The notes: generated by a model from the letters alone, not told the origin. Numbered from the stretch's first letter, positions 29,473-39,400 are shown. The stretch is DNA of 64,000 nt from Candidatus Latescibacterota bacterium (GCA_965208125.1 OZ242320.1:224001-288000); one strand, 5' to 3'. Numbers and translations: made by a program.

Positions 29473-30409
29473 CGAGTTCCATAGATCGCACACGCGAGGA
29501 AACATCTTCAAGAAGGGCGCGGTTGGTGGCGATAAGATCGGCGACAATACCGGTGAGAAACATCTGAAATCCGGCGAGCAAGAGGATAGCGGCGAGTATA
29601 AGCGATTGAATGTGGAGTGCGCCTTCGTCGGTAAAAAAGAAAAAATAGAGAAATCGGAGACCGATTAACGTGCCAAAAGCGAACACAACAGCACCAAAAG
29701 CTGAAAAAATGCGGAGTGCCTTGTAGCGTGCGTAAGTCCGCAGACTAATCATGCCCGACTTAAAAACAAATACACCTGGATTTTTGAAAAGACGCGATTC
29801 GCGCGTTTTGGGATTCGTGCGAATGGGCACAGTTTCAACAGCGAGACGGTCTTGACCCGCTTGCACAACATGCTCGGCGGTGTGATCAAAATCCGTAAAC
29901 ATCGACAGATGCAGGACCGCATCTCTTGAAAAGGCGCGAAAACCACTGGCGACATCGGGCACCTCAATATGGGCGAGGCGACTGATGACGCGACTGCCCA
30001 AACGCTGTAGCCATCGCTTAAAAAAAGAAAAGTGGCCGATACCACTTGTTTGTCGATCTCCAATCACGATATGAGCGCGCTTTTCGAGAATGGGCTGAAC
30101 GAGCGCCGCTATATCGGGACCGTAGTACTGGTTATCCCCATCGGTATTGACAATAATATCGGCACCGAGTTTGAGGCAAGTGTCAAAACCCGCTTTGAAT
30201 GCATGCCCCAGACCGCGATTTTTGGGGAATCTGATAATATGATCCACACCGAGGTCGCGCGCGACCTCTGACGTGCGATCCGTAGAACCATCATCAATGA
30301 CCAGAATCTCAACTTTATCAATACCGGGAACTTCGCGCGGAATATCGTTAACAGTAGCGGGCAGGGTTTCTTCTTCGTTGAGGCAGGGGATTTGGACAAT
30401 CAGTTTCAT
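29411..30409 (-). CDS. GT2 glycosyltransferase (DPM1/polyprenol-phosphate type) with two C-terminal TM helices
   Basis: IPCLNEE, IDDGSTD, NTDGDNQY, ASGFRAFS; hydrophobic C-terminus. Confidence 0.88.
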   Translation of the reverse strand: MKLIVQIPCLNEEETLPATVNDIPREVPGIDKVEILVIDDGSTDRTSEVARDLGVDHIIRFPKNRGLGHAFKAGFDTCLKLGADIIVNTDGDNQYYGPDIAALVQPILEKRAHIVIGDRQTSGIGHFSFFKRWLQRLGSRVISRLAHIEVPDVASGFRAFSRDAVLHLSMFTDFDHTAEHVVQAGQDRLAVETVPIRTNPKTRESRLFKNPGVFVFKSGMISLRTYARYKALRIFSAFGAVVFAFGTLIGLRFLYFFFFTDEGALHIQSLILAAILLLAGFQMFLTGIVADLIATNRALLEDVSSRVRSMELGSGFSGLKDEQDESDQGFQD

Positions 30410-30411
30410 TT

Positions 30412-32085
30412 TTAATCGCCAAAAATAGCAGCTGAGGCGGCTTCGGCCTTTTCCATTTTTTCTTCATCGGATAAATCGCCCATCGCTTTGTAAAAAATTT
30501 CATCGTAATCGCGCGTTTTGATAACCACGGGCATAGGGACCGCATGCCCAAATACGAGGGCTTGCTGCTTGGAATCGAGACTGGCCAGAACACTTCGCAA
30601 ACCACTGGCATTGGAAACACCTGTGAGTACCCCCTGGATGTCTTTTTCATCATTGAGCAAAGCCGTGATTTTTGTGCCGAGTTGTGAAAGCACTTCTTCG
30701 TCAATACCCGAGGGACGCTGGTCAACCACGAGAAGCGAAACGTAGTATTTACGCATTTCTCTGGCAATCGTACCAAAAATGGTTTGCCTTGCAGTCGCGG
30801 GATTGAGAAACTTGTGGGCTTCTTCAATGGTGATAACCAGGTGTCGCGGCTGATCTTCGGGATTTTGCGAGGCGTAAAACTTTTCGCTTTTTGTGACGTA
30901 CTGTTCGTGAATGCGGCGAGAGAGAATATTCGCCACGAGCAAATACGCGAGCATGCCGGTCTGCCGACCAAATTCGAGTACAATGTGAATACCTCGATCG
31001 ATGTAGTCCATCATCGTATCGACAGCATCGGCACCATTCAGACTATTGACCAAAAAGGGAAAGTTTTCAAGGCGTTTGAGTTTGCGATGCAGCGCAGAAA
31101 GCGAACTTTTATTTGCGCCAATATCCTCGGCAAATTGCTCGACATCGGGACCATCAATAGAAAGCAATTGGCGCAGCCAGCGGTCTTTGTACATCGCGTA
31201 AACCAGATAGGCAGACTCAGAGGCCGTGGGATTGAGTTGCAGTTCGTCTTGCAACGCGATAACATCTTCAACCGCAACTTGATCGTAAGTAATGTACACC
31301 TCGTGATCGGGTTGAATACCGCGCTGACGAGACGATTCGGGATCGAGAGAAAACAGAGCGACCCGATTCCCAAAAAGCTGCTTGAGACCCTTGACAAAGC
31401 TATTTCCCTGTCCGCCCTCTTTCATAGCGCGAAAACCGTATTCGTTGTGCATATCAAAAATGAGATTGACGGCTTTCTTGTTTTTAATCAGACCGCACAA
31501 GACCAGACGCGTGAGAAAGGACTTACCCGTACCCGTTTTGCCAAAAATACCGTTACTGCGTTCGACAAAGCGATTGAGATTGATACACACCGGCGTATCC
31601 ATATCCAGCGGTGTGCCCATATTGAAAAACCGGTCGTCTTTTTCCTCGCTGCCGAAAACGCGCGATACATCCTCTTCTTCAGCTTCAACAACTTTGGAAA
31701 AATGACTGGGAATAGTTTTCACCGGACGCGGTTCATCGACTATTTCTTCGCCCTGTTCCAGCATAAGCATGGGGCGCAGTGCAACGGTGACATAGGTACT
31801 GGACCCATTGAGAACGCTGTGCAACAACTGATCGCCCTCGCGCGGCGGATAAAGCAAAATCTCGGGATTAGTGGCATCCAAACTCAGGTCGGTAATCATG
31901 GAGAAAAATTGATTTTTATAGCCCTCAATAACCACAAATTTGCCGGCTTTGACGTCTTCCACACTGCGATCGGGGTTGAGCTTCATCTCAACGCCCTCGG
32001 TCAAAGACCCCTGCGTGACAACGCCGATTTCGCCGCCATCCTGAATATTGGGCGAACCGTTTAGATTATTCCAGAGATCGTTCAT
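30412..32085 (-). CDS. herA: HerA-family ATPase/DNA translocase
   Basis: N-terminal HAS-barrel-like region; GKTGTGKS; IFDMHNEY; ITIEEAH; REMRKY; VDQRPS. Confidence 0.85.
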   Translation of the reverse strand: MNDLWNNLNGSPNIQDGGEIGVVTQGSLTEGVEMKLNPDRSVEDVKAGKFVVIEGYKNQFFSMITDLSLDATNPEILLYPPREGDQLLHSVLNGSSTYVTVALRPMLMLEQGEEIVDEPRPVKTIPSHFSKVVEAEEEDVSRVFGSEEKDDRFFNMGTPLDMDTPVCINLNRFVERSNGIFGKTGTGKSFLTRLVLCGLIKNKKAVNLIFDMHNEYGFRAMKEGGQGNSFVKGLKQLFGNRVALFSLDPESSRQRGIQPDHEVYITYDQVAVEDVIALQDELQLNPTASESAYLVYAMYKDRWLRQLLSIDGPDVEQFAEDIGANKSSLSALHRKLKRLENFPFLVNSLNGADAVDTMMDYIDRGIHIVLEFGRQTGMLAYLLVANILSRRIHEQYVTKSEKFYASQNPEDQPRHLVITIEEAHKFLNPATARQTIFGTIAREMRKYYVSLLVVDQRPSGIDEEVLSQLGTKITALLNDEKDIQGVLTGVSNASGLRSVLASLDSKQQALVFGHAVPMPVVIKTRDYDEIFYKAMGDLSDEEKMEKAEAASAAIFGD

Positions 32086-32122
32086 AAAAGATAGCTTTCA
32101 TCCGTTCTTACACTCTTCAAAC

Positions 32123-32719
32123 TTATTGCGAAATCCGCCGCATAATAGAACTCAGGCGGTCGTAGTCGTCGCGGATAAGGCGACACAGGTCTTTGCCGAT
32201 ACTCACCAGATAGGGCATATCCGAAGCACGGGCTGCCCATGCATTTCTCACCGAGGCGATGATCAGATCGTCGGCGGGCAGGCGGTTGCCACATAAAATG
32301 CTGCGGAGAAAATCCCCGCTATTGGTCAGAGCTTTAATTTCCGATTCGGTACAGGGAAAAACAAAGCTGTGAATCCCGGGCGGTTGCGGGGGCAGGACCT
32401 GTTGCGGACCGCGGTCGTCGCCATAGCCAATAATAACGGCTTCAAATTCAGTTTTGAGAAGTTCAAAAATTTGCGGTTGCTCTTCGCGCAATTCTTGCTC
32501 GGTAAGCCCATACGCCGTGGCGCGTCGGTTGGGTTCAATAGAGTGCGTACACACATTGAAAACCAGACCATATACAGGCAATGCGCCAAGCGTCTTAACA
32601 AAGGAACCAAATGGCGGCGCGCCATTTAGCTCCCGGCTTTCAGAAGTAAATTGCGAAGTAGAGCTTTCGACAATTTCGCCAATATATTCAGTGCTGATAT
32701 CAATAGAAGAAAGAGCCAT
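32123..32719 (-). CDS. Stand-alone HAS-barrel domain protein
   Basis: IGEIVESS..PPFGSFV..Q..PPQPP.IH pattern; lies between nurA and herA. Confidence 0.7.
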   Translation of the reverse strand: MALSSIDISTEYIGEIVESSTSQFTSESRELNGAPPFGSFVKTLGALPVYGLVFNVCTHSIEPNRRATAYGLTEQELREEQPQIFELLKTEFEAVIIGYGDDRGPQQVLPPQPPGIHSFVFPCTESEIKALTNSGDFLRSILCGNRLPADDLIIASVRNAWAARASDMPYLVSIGKDLCRLIRDDYDRLSSIMRRISQ

Positions 32720-32731
32720 AAAAAAACCTCT

Positions 32732-33952
32732 CTATACTGCCGCAGCTATTTTTTTAAGTTGTTTGAGCGACTGTTCAGTTTTGATATTATTTTTTACAAA
32801 AGCGTCTTTTAAGAACTTAAAAAATATATCGCGGTCGGCCCCGCGCACAATGGCGCGTTCGTGGGATTCCGATAAGACGACGGGATATCCGCGCCCCTTA
32901 TCGATCTGATCGACAACCGTGGCGTGTACGAGATCGAGCAACTCGCGGTCTTTGGCAACCCATTCGGGAATTTCGACGCGTCCAATTTCCCAACCCGTGT
33001 GTACGTAAAAAAAGCAGATGCGGTGGGGACCGTAGTCCTCGAGGATTTTAGACGCGCTGCGATAAACACCACTGCGCTCGCCGCGTTTGAGTCTGCGGGC
33101 ATACAGCATATCGTCGGTAACGCCGGCAATGGGTTCACAGGGAATGGGCGCAGGCGGTTCGGAATCCCCATCAAAATCGAGAAGATGCTGCGCTTCGGCT
33201 GCTTTCCACGGACACTTGTCGCAGTTGGGAGGCTGTTCGGGACAAAGGCCCACGCGCAAGGCATTGAGCACATCGGCACTGCCGGGATCTGAAATATACC
33301 CGACAATGGGAACGCGGAGTTCGCGCAGACGCTCCAAACCAGCGAGTGTGGTCTGAAGAGTTTCGCGGCGAAAATCGTAGGGTTTGCCTTCGAGCATCCA
33401 CAAAATCAGGGTGCCATCGGTCAGCCCAACACAGGTTCGGCCCTCTGCGTGCGCCAGAGCAGAGAGGGTAACTACCTTTTCGAGTTCCATAGCATTGCGT
33501 CGCACGCCAACGACTTCTCGAGTGATTGGACTGCGCTTGCCCGCCCATTCCTGATAGAGGTCGTCTTCATCGTAAAAAAGCGTTGGTTCGCTGTTTAACA
33601 CCGGACGTTCTCCCGTGCCGTAATGAATGACGACATAGCCAATATTGATCAAAAAACAATTGGCGACTTCGTGCCGATCGGGAAAAATCTGGGATCCATC
33701 GGCGGCAATAACGGTGAGTTCTTTTGGACGGTCGGGTTTTGGACACGCCTCGGTAATCGGCCCGCCGAGTTGGGCAACCAGCCAGGAAGTGCGGCTACGC
33801 GCAATTTTAACACTTAGGGTTTCCCAAGCATCTTCCCAGCGGTCCATTTCGGAACACGCGAGATCAATGCGAGCAAAAAAGTCGTCTTGCAGACTACTGG
33901 CATCAACCGCCATCTGGTCAATCTGGCGTTTGAGCAAACCGTAATCGAGCAT
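32732..33952 (-). CDS. nurA: NurA-family nuclease with a Cys-rich insert
   Basis: IAADGSQ, TDGTL, GRVEIPEW, GYPVVLSESHERA; LCPEQPPNCDKC..C insert. Confidence 0.82.
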   Translation of the reverse strand: MLDYGLLKRQIDQMAVDASSLQDDFFARIDLACSEMDRWEDAWETLSVKIARSRTSWLVAQLGGPITEACPKPDRPKELTVIAADGSQIFPDRHEVANCFLINIGYVVIHYGTGERPVLNSEPTLFYDEDDLYQEWAGKRSPITREVVGVRRNAMELEKVVTLSALAHAEGRTCVGLTDGTLILWMLEGKPYDFRRETLQTTLAGLERLRELRVPIVGYISDPGSADVLNALRVGLCPEQPPNCDKCPWKAAEAQHLLDFDGDSEPPAPIPCEPIAGVTDDMLYARRLKRGERSGVYRSASKILEDYGPHRICFFYVHTGWEIGRVEIPEWVAKDRELLDLVHATVVDQIDKGRGYPVVLSESHERAIVRGADRDIFFKFLKDAFVKNNIKTEQSLKQLKKIAAAV

Positions 33953-33972
33953 AAGAGACTCCAGGGAACGAA

Positions 33973-34536
33973 TCACACAATTGATTCATAAAAAAATTGC
34001 CGACCACCGCCGGGAACGCTGCCATCGCGCACGCGGCACACGAGACCCATTTTTTGAAGGGCATTGAGCCGATTGCATGCGATATTAATATTTTTATGCA
34101 GTGCGTGGGCAAACTCAGAAGACGTGCCTTTTTTTCGAATCAACACAACGTCAAGGGCTTCTCGAATGGGCGTTTTGAGCACACCAAGCACATGAATATC
34201 GCCTTCGTCATCTTTGAAAAGCGCGGCCAGGTCGCGCAATTTGAGCACGGCCTCAAAGGTCTCGCGCACAGAATCATTGGCATTCTGGATAAAGGTAAAG
34301 CGATTGCCAAGCTCCCCACTGCCAATACGCATGAGGAGTTTGCAGAGCAACTCGTCGGCACAGGAGATATCGATAAACGAGACATTGGCAAAATCGAGAG
34401 GTGTAACCGCATCGTCATCGGCTGTTTGCATAAATGCCATAAGCTGATTGAGAAGGACTTCACCTCGATCACGCCCACTCAGAATGCCCGTAGGCGTCTC
34501 AAAAACGAAAGGGGGGGTTTGTTCAAGCATGCTCAT
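33973..34536 (-). CDS. STAS-like (DUF4325-type) domain fused to a C-terminal winged HTH
   Basis: LSGRDRG..LDFANVSFIDISCADEL (STAS-like); TSSEFAHAL..INIACNRLNAL...GGRQFFY (wHTH). Confidence 0.65.
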   Translation of the reverse strand: MSMLEQTPPFVFETPTGILSGRDRGEVLLNQLMAFMQTADDDAVTPLDFANVSFIDISCADELLCKLLMRIGSGELGNRFTFIQNANDSVRETFEAVLKLRDLAALFKDDEGDIHVLGVLKTPIREALDVVLIRKKGTSSEFAHALHKNINIACNRLNALQKMGLVCRVRDGSVPGGGRQFFYESIV

Positions 34537-34600
34537 CGTCCCTTAAAATTCGGTTAAAATTCTATTTGTGGGGATTGGGGGAACGATGGGGAAGATATTA

Positions 34601-34656
34601 CTTAATTGAATTCAGTTAAGTTATCGGAACTTAGGTGTTCTGAAATCATATGTCAA
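34601..34656 (-). promoter_or_regulatory. Sigma-70 promoter with a 20-bp operator-like palindrome at the start site
   Basis: Minus strand TTGACA(34656-34651)-N17-TAAGTT(34633-34628); CTTAATTGAATTCAGTTAAG at 34601-34620. Confidence 0.6.
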
Positions 34657-34806
34657 GTATTTTTTTGAGATTTGGTGCAGTGCTTGCAAATACAGTGCGT
34701 GTGAGATATATTTCTTTATGTCATAATTAAACACGCGAAAACACATGGGTTTGCCTCTGACCCTCATAAAGGCTTGAATGTGAATCCTCCGGCATCCAAA
34801 GATCAA

Positions 34807-35403
34807 ATGCCCATTTGGCGCGACGATGGCGCAATATTGCAAGTCAATGAAATTTTCTATTCCATAGAAGGCGAGGGCCTGCGCGTGGGACAACCCACAA
34901 CATTTGTCAGGCTCGCGCGTTGTAATTTGCGCTGCTTTTTTTGCGATACGGAATTTGATTCTTTTGAGGAAATGACCATTGCTCAAATTGTCGATGAGGT
35001 CATGCATCATCCTGCAAAGTGGGTGTGTTTGACCGGAGGAGAGCCACTGGGGCAAAATATCACGCCACTGTGCAGGAAACTCGTCAGCGCGGGTTTTCGG
35101 TTGCACATCGAGACAAATGGAACGATTGATCCAGATCCAATTTTATGCGACCTGATTGAACACTGGACCGTATCGCCCAAACGACAAAAAATTGCCGATG
35201 GTCTCACGCATATCACCGAACTCAAATACGTGGTGGGCAAAGCGTTTTGCGAAACTATAGTCGATGAAAACCGTGCAAAACATATTTATTTACAGCCCGA
35301 ATCGAGCAAACCCCAATACATTCATAAGGCATTGGAAATTTTGTCGCGACATCCCAACTGGCGGTTGTCGTGTCGCATTCACAAAATGTTGCACTTGCCA
35401 TAG
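34807..35403 (+). CDS. queE: 7-carboxy-7-deazaguanine synthase (radical SAM)
   Basis: VNEIFYSIEGEG, FVRLARCNLRCFFCDT, TGGEP, IETNG, VSPK, YLQP. Start codon uncertain (34774 or 34807). Confidence 0.85.
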   Translation: MPIWRDDGAILQVNEIFYSIEGEGLRVGQPTTFVRLARCNLRCFFCDTEFDSFEEMTIAQIVDEVMHHPAKWVCLTGGEPLGQNITPLCRKLVSAGFRLHIETNGTIDPDPILCDLIEHWTVSPKRQKIADGLTHITELKYVVGKAFCETIVDENRAKHIYLQPESSKPQYIHKALEILSRHPNWRLSCRIHKMLHLP

Positions 35404-35415
35404 GGAGACAGGTAC

Positions 35416-36417
35416 ATGATTAAACTGGGTATGATCGGATGTGGTGGCATGGGGGGTGCCCACATGCGGCGGTTTCACACACTGAGTGATCGGGTCACAT
35501 TGGCCGCTGCTGTCGATGTTGTGCCAGAACGCGCAGAAGCGGTCGCCCAGCAATTTCCGGGAGCCTGTGTAGCAACAGATTATCGCGAGATTTTAGACTC
35601 GGTAGATGCCGTATTGCTCGCCCTACCCCACCATTTGCACTTTTCCGTAGGACAGGCATGCCTCAATGCTGGCGTTCATGTCTTGCTCGAAAAACCCATG
35701 GCAAATTACGAAGTCGCCTGCAAAGAACTGATTGAGGCATCTGAAACCTCGGGCAAAGTGCTGATGATTGCGTATTGCATGCGCTTTCATCCAATTGTAC
35801 AGCATTTGAAAACACTGCTGGATGAAGGCGCGTACGGCGATGTATTTCAAGTGTCGATCTGGACCGAGCAACTCACCCGGTATCCTCCCGATCACTGGGC
35901 ATCGAGCAAAGAGCGATTGGGCGGAGGGCAGTTGTTTAGTCACGGCTGTCATTATATCGATTTGTTGCTCTGGTTTTTGGGGCGCCCCGTGCGGGGCATG
36001 CACATGGGCACAAATTTTGGTACGCCGTGGATGGAACGAGAAGGCACGAGTAATGTGACGATGGAATTTGAAGATGGCCGACTGGGATATCACTTTGGCA
36101 CCTGGGGTGCGCGGGGCACCCGGTTGCGATACTCGATCCACGCGCATTGCACAGAAGGTTTGCTCGATGCCAATCTCTCAGGTGGCAAACTCGTGCATAT
36201 CATGCGCGGTCAAGAGAAAATTTTGTTCGAAACAGAGCCAGGCAAACATACGGAAAATGAGATGGCCCATTTTCTCGATTGCATTGAAACCGGACAAACA
36301 CCACTGACAGACGGCAGAAGCAGCTTGCAGGGATTGCGCGTGATCTGGCGGCTATATGAAGCTGAACAAGCAGGGCATATTGCAGATTTGACGGGTTTGG
36401 GTTTAGATGACGTCTAA
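35416..36417 (+). CDS. Gfo/Idh/MocA family oxidoreductase
   Basis: IGCGGMG, LLEKPMA, GGGQL..HGCHYID. Confidence 0.88.
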   Translation: MIKLGMIGCGGMGGAHMRRFHTLSDRVTLAAAVDVVPERAEAVAQQFPGACVATDYREILDSVDAVLLALPHHLHFSVGQACLNAGVHVLLEKPMANYEVACKELIEASETSGKVLMIAYCMRFHPIVQHLKTLLDEGAYGDVFQVSIWTEQLTRYPPDHWASSKERLGGGQLFSHGCHYIDLLLWFLGRPVRGMHMGTNFGTPWMEREGTSNVTMEFEDGRLGYHFGTWGARGTRLRYSIHAHCTEGLLDANLSGGKLVHIMRGQEKILFETEPGKHTENEMAHFLDCIETGQTPLTDGRSSLQGLRVIWRLYEAEQAGHIADLTGLGLDDV

Positions 36418-36480
36418 TAAGTTTCGAAAATTCAATGAATTGAGGTAGTGATACTATCTCCACAATTGGGTAATTTCCGC

Positions 36481-36509
36481 TTGACACTCCGATACTCTTA
36501 TTATAGATT
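36481..36509 (+). promoter_or_regulatory. Sigma-70 promoter of thrS
   Basis: TTGACA-N17-TAGATT. Confidence 0.6.
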
Positions 36510-36634
36510 TATCAGACTTTGGCAGGTTTCTATCTTTTAATCTCATTGCTGAGGGATATCTGCGGGCGAAACTGCTCACCGAACGGTACCACGATTTCAC
36601 ATTTCGCGCCGGCAATTCCCGAGCGCGCTTTTTT

Positions 36635-38569
36635 ATGTCCAAAAACCATTTCATAACTATTACGCTTCCCGACGGTTCAACCAAAGAAATTGAGCGCAGC
36701 ACAACTGTGCTACAAGTGGCCGAATCCATCGGTGCAGGCCTTGCCCGCGCAGCATTAGCCGGGCGAGTTGATGGTCGAGCTGTGGATCTGAGTTACCCGA
36801 TTACTTCAGATGCTGCGGTTGAGATTTTGACTTTTTCTGACGATGGAGGCAAAGAGGTTTACTGGCACAGCACCGCACATGTGATGGCACAAGCCGTGCA
36901 GGATTTGTTTCCCGATGCCAAAGTAACCATTGGTCCGCCCATTGAAAATGGATTCTACTACGATTTTGATGTCGATCGGCCGTTTACACCCGATGAACTA
37001 AAAAAAATTGAAGCGCGAATGCTGGAAATTGTCAAAGAAGACCAGCCCTTTTCTCGCGAGGAAGTCTCGCGCGATGAGGCTTCTGCGCGTTTTCAAAATT
37101 TGGGTGAATCCTACAAAATCGAGCTTTTAGATGCCATTGCGCCCGATGAGACCGTGAGCATCTACAAAAATGCCAGGTGGTTTGATCTGTGTCGGGGACC
37201 ACACCTGCCGTCAACAGGGCGCATTAAGGCCATCAAGTTATTAAACGCATCCGGGGCTTATTGGCGGGGCGATGAAAACAACAAAATGCTGCAACGCATC
37301 TACGGTATCTCATTTCCCGGCAAAAAAGAATTGCAGGCATATCTCGACAAACTCGAAGAAGCCAAACGCCGAGATCACCGCACTTTGGGCGTGCAGTTAG
37401 ACCTGTATTCGATAAATGAAAATGTAGGTCCCGGCCTGGTGCTCTGGCATCCTAAGGGAATGCGCATTCGGCACGAAATTGAATCATTCTGGCACAGTGC
37501 TCATTTCGATGGCGGATATGAACTCGTTGGCTCCCCTCATATTGGACGATCTACCCTGTGGAACACAAGCGGACATCTGGATTTTTTTCGCGAAAATATG
37601 TACGCGCCGATGGATATCGACGGACAGGAATATTTCGCCAAACCCATGAATTGTCCATTTCACAGCATGATTTACAAAAGTCGTCGTCGAAGTTATCGCG
37701 AGTTGCCATTGCGTTGGGCAGAAATGGGAACGGTTTACCGGTATGAACCGGCGGGAGTACTGCACGGGCTTTTGCGAGCGCGCGGATTTACACAGGATGA
37801 CGCGCATATCTTTTGCCGCCCAGACCAGGTCGAAAGTGAAATTAAACAGACCATAGATTTTACGCTATTTATTCTGCGGTCATTTGGTCTCGAAGATTTT
37901 AAGATCGATATTTCCACACGACCCGAAAAAGCCGTAGGTGACCCTCGCGACTGGGATATGGCGACAAATGCCTTGAAAGCCGCGATAGATGCACAGGGCT
38001 TACAATATGGCATTGACGAAGGCGGCGGCGCATTTTACGGACCCAAAATTGACGTGCAAATTAGAGATGCACTGGGGCGTGAATGGCAGTGTTCGACAAT
38101 TCAGTTTGACTTCAACCTGCCCGAGCGATTCGATCTGACTTTTGCCGGTCAAGATGGCAAGATGCACCGCCCCTATATGGTACATCGCGCGCTTTTGGGG
38201 TCAATGGAACGGTTCTTTGGCACACTCATCGAGCATTATGCCGGCAATTTCCCCGTATGGTTGGCCCCCGTACAGGCTGTTATTTTACCTGTATCGGATC
38301 GTTTCATCGACTATGCACAGCAAGTTGCCAGATTGCTTCGAAATGATCAGGTTCGCGTTGAAGTAGATGATCAGGATGCCAAATTGGGCTACAAAATTCG
38401 AGAGGCAGAAGTTCAAAAAGTACCCTATATGCTTATTGTTGGCGCACGAGAAGTTGAGAATGGCACGGTGTCGGTTCGCCGTCATGGACAGGGGGACCTG
38501 GGTGCACTAAGCCTGGAAAATTTAATCGCGCGCATTCAGCAAGAGGTCGAATCCAAACAGTTTTCATAA
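36635..38569 (+). CDS. thrS: Threonine--tRNA ligase
   Basis: TGS domain, HSTAHVMAQA, DLCRGPH, RDHR, KPMNCP, RGFTQDDAH, GAFYGPK, anticodon-binding domain. Confidence 0.98.
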   Translation: MSKNHFITITLPDGSTKEIERSTTVLQVAESIGAGLARAALAGRVDGRAVDLSYPITSDAAVEILTFSDDGGKEVYWHSTAHVMAQAVQDLFPDAKVTIGPPIENGFYYDFDVDRPFTPDELKKIEARMLEIVKEDQPFSREEVSRDEASARFQNLGESYKIELLDAIAPDETVSIYKNARWFDLCRGPHLPSTGRIKAIKLLNASGAYWRGDENNKMLQRIYGISFPGKKELQAYLDKLEEAKRRDHRTLGVQLDLYSINENVGPGLVLWHPKGMRIRHEIESFWHSAHFDGGYELVGSPHIGRSTLWNTSGHLDFFRENMYAPMDIDGQEYFAKPMNCPFHSMIYKSRRRSYRELPLRWAEMGTVYRYEPAGVLHGLLRARGFTQDDAHIFCRPDQVESEIKQTIDFTLFILRSFGLEDFKIDISTRPEKAVGDPRDWDMATNALKAAIDAQGLQYGIDEGGGAFYGPKIDVQIRDALGREWQCSTIQFDFNLPERFDLTFAGQDGKMHRPYMVHRALLGSMERFFGTLIEHYAGNFPVWLAPVQAVILPVSDRFIDYAQQVARLLRNDQVRVEVDDQDAKLGYKIREAEVQKVPYMLIVGAREVENGTVSVRRHGQGDLGALSLENLIARIQQEVESKQFS

Positions 38570-38618
38570 CGCACCATGCGTTTGTGAGATTCATATATCC
38601 AACCTGGAGGTGATCGCA

Positions 38619-39161
38619 ATCAATAGAGGCTCAAGAAGTCGAGATACCAGACGAGAAATCGGGCCACGCGTGAATCGGCAGATTCGCATTCCACAAGTTC
38701 GCTTGATCGGTGAATCGGGTGCTCAAGTTGGCATTGTAGAAACGAGCAAAGCCCTGACAATGGCTCAGGGAGCCGGACTTGATCTGGTCGAAGTCGCGCC
38801 AAATGCACGCCCACCTGTTTGCCGGATTATGGATTACGGTAAATACCGGTATGAGCGAGGGAAAAAAGCCAGAAAAAATCGTCAGAGTGCCTCGCAATTA
38901 AAAGAAATTCGGATGCGTGTTCGTATCAGCGATCACGATTATCAATTTAAGCTCAGACATGCTGAGAGATTTTTGACCCAGCGCCATAAAGTGCGGATTG
39001 TTATTGAGTTTTATGGACGAGAAAATGCACATCGCGATATGGGCCGCGACTTATTGCAGCGCATTGAAGACGATTTGCAACATATTGGACAGATCGAAAC
39101 TCATCCCCGAGACGAAGGGCGAAAGCTCGTGATGATTGTCGCTCCTAAATCTCAGTCGTAG
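38619..39161 (+). CDS. infC: Translation initiation factor IF-3 (probable non-canonical ATC start)
   Basis: LDLVEVAPNARPPVCRIMDYGKYRYE; SD GGAGGTG 38606-38612 lies 6 nt before an in-frame ATC. Confidence 0.93.
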   Translation: MNRGSRSRDTRREIGPRVNRQIRIPQVRLIGESGAQVGIVETSKALTMAQGAGLDLVEVAPNARPPVCRIMDYGKYRYERGKKARKNRQSASQLKEIRMRVRISDHDYQFKLRHAERFLTQRHKVRIVIEFYGRENAHRDMGRDLLQRIEDDLQHIGQIETHPRDEGRKLVMIVAPKSQS

Positions 39162-39205
39162 TCCGCTTCAACTGATCTGTGAGGTTGTCCTCAAAGGAGT
39201 TTATC

Positions 39206-39400
39206 GTGCCTAAAATGAAAACTCATAGTGGTGCCAAAAAGCGTTTCAAAAAGCGCAGTTCTGGCAAAATCAGACGTCGCCAGGCCACCGCAGCGCACAA
39301 TTTGATTAAAAAGACGAGCAAGCGCAAACGAAGCCTCCGTATGTCGGCTCATGTTCACGACTCTGACCAAAGCCGCGTCAATCGCCTGCTGGCGTCTTGA
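39206..39400 (+). CDS. rpmI: 50S ribosomal protein L35
   Basis: GTG start after AAGGAG; [13 protein letters not shown]. Confidence 0.96.
   Translation: MPKMKTHSGAKKRFKKRSSGKIRRRQATAAHNLIKKTSKRKRSLRMSAHVHDSDQSRVNRLLAS

Noticed and set aside
30412-33952. HerA-based anti-phage system (Sir2-HerA/DUF4297-HerA type)
   Set aside because: The partners are NurA and a HAS-barrel protein, the repair-type arrangement; no Sir2 or other defence effector is adjacent.
36584-36594. T-box riboswitch before thrS (CGGTACCACG)
   Set aside because: The bulge would be CGGN rather than the required UGGN, there is no recognisable stem I or specifier, and the leader is only ~120 nt.
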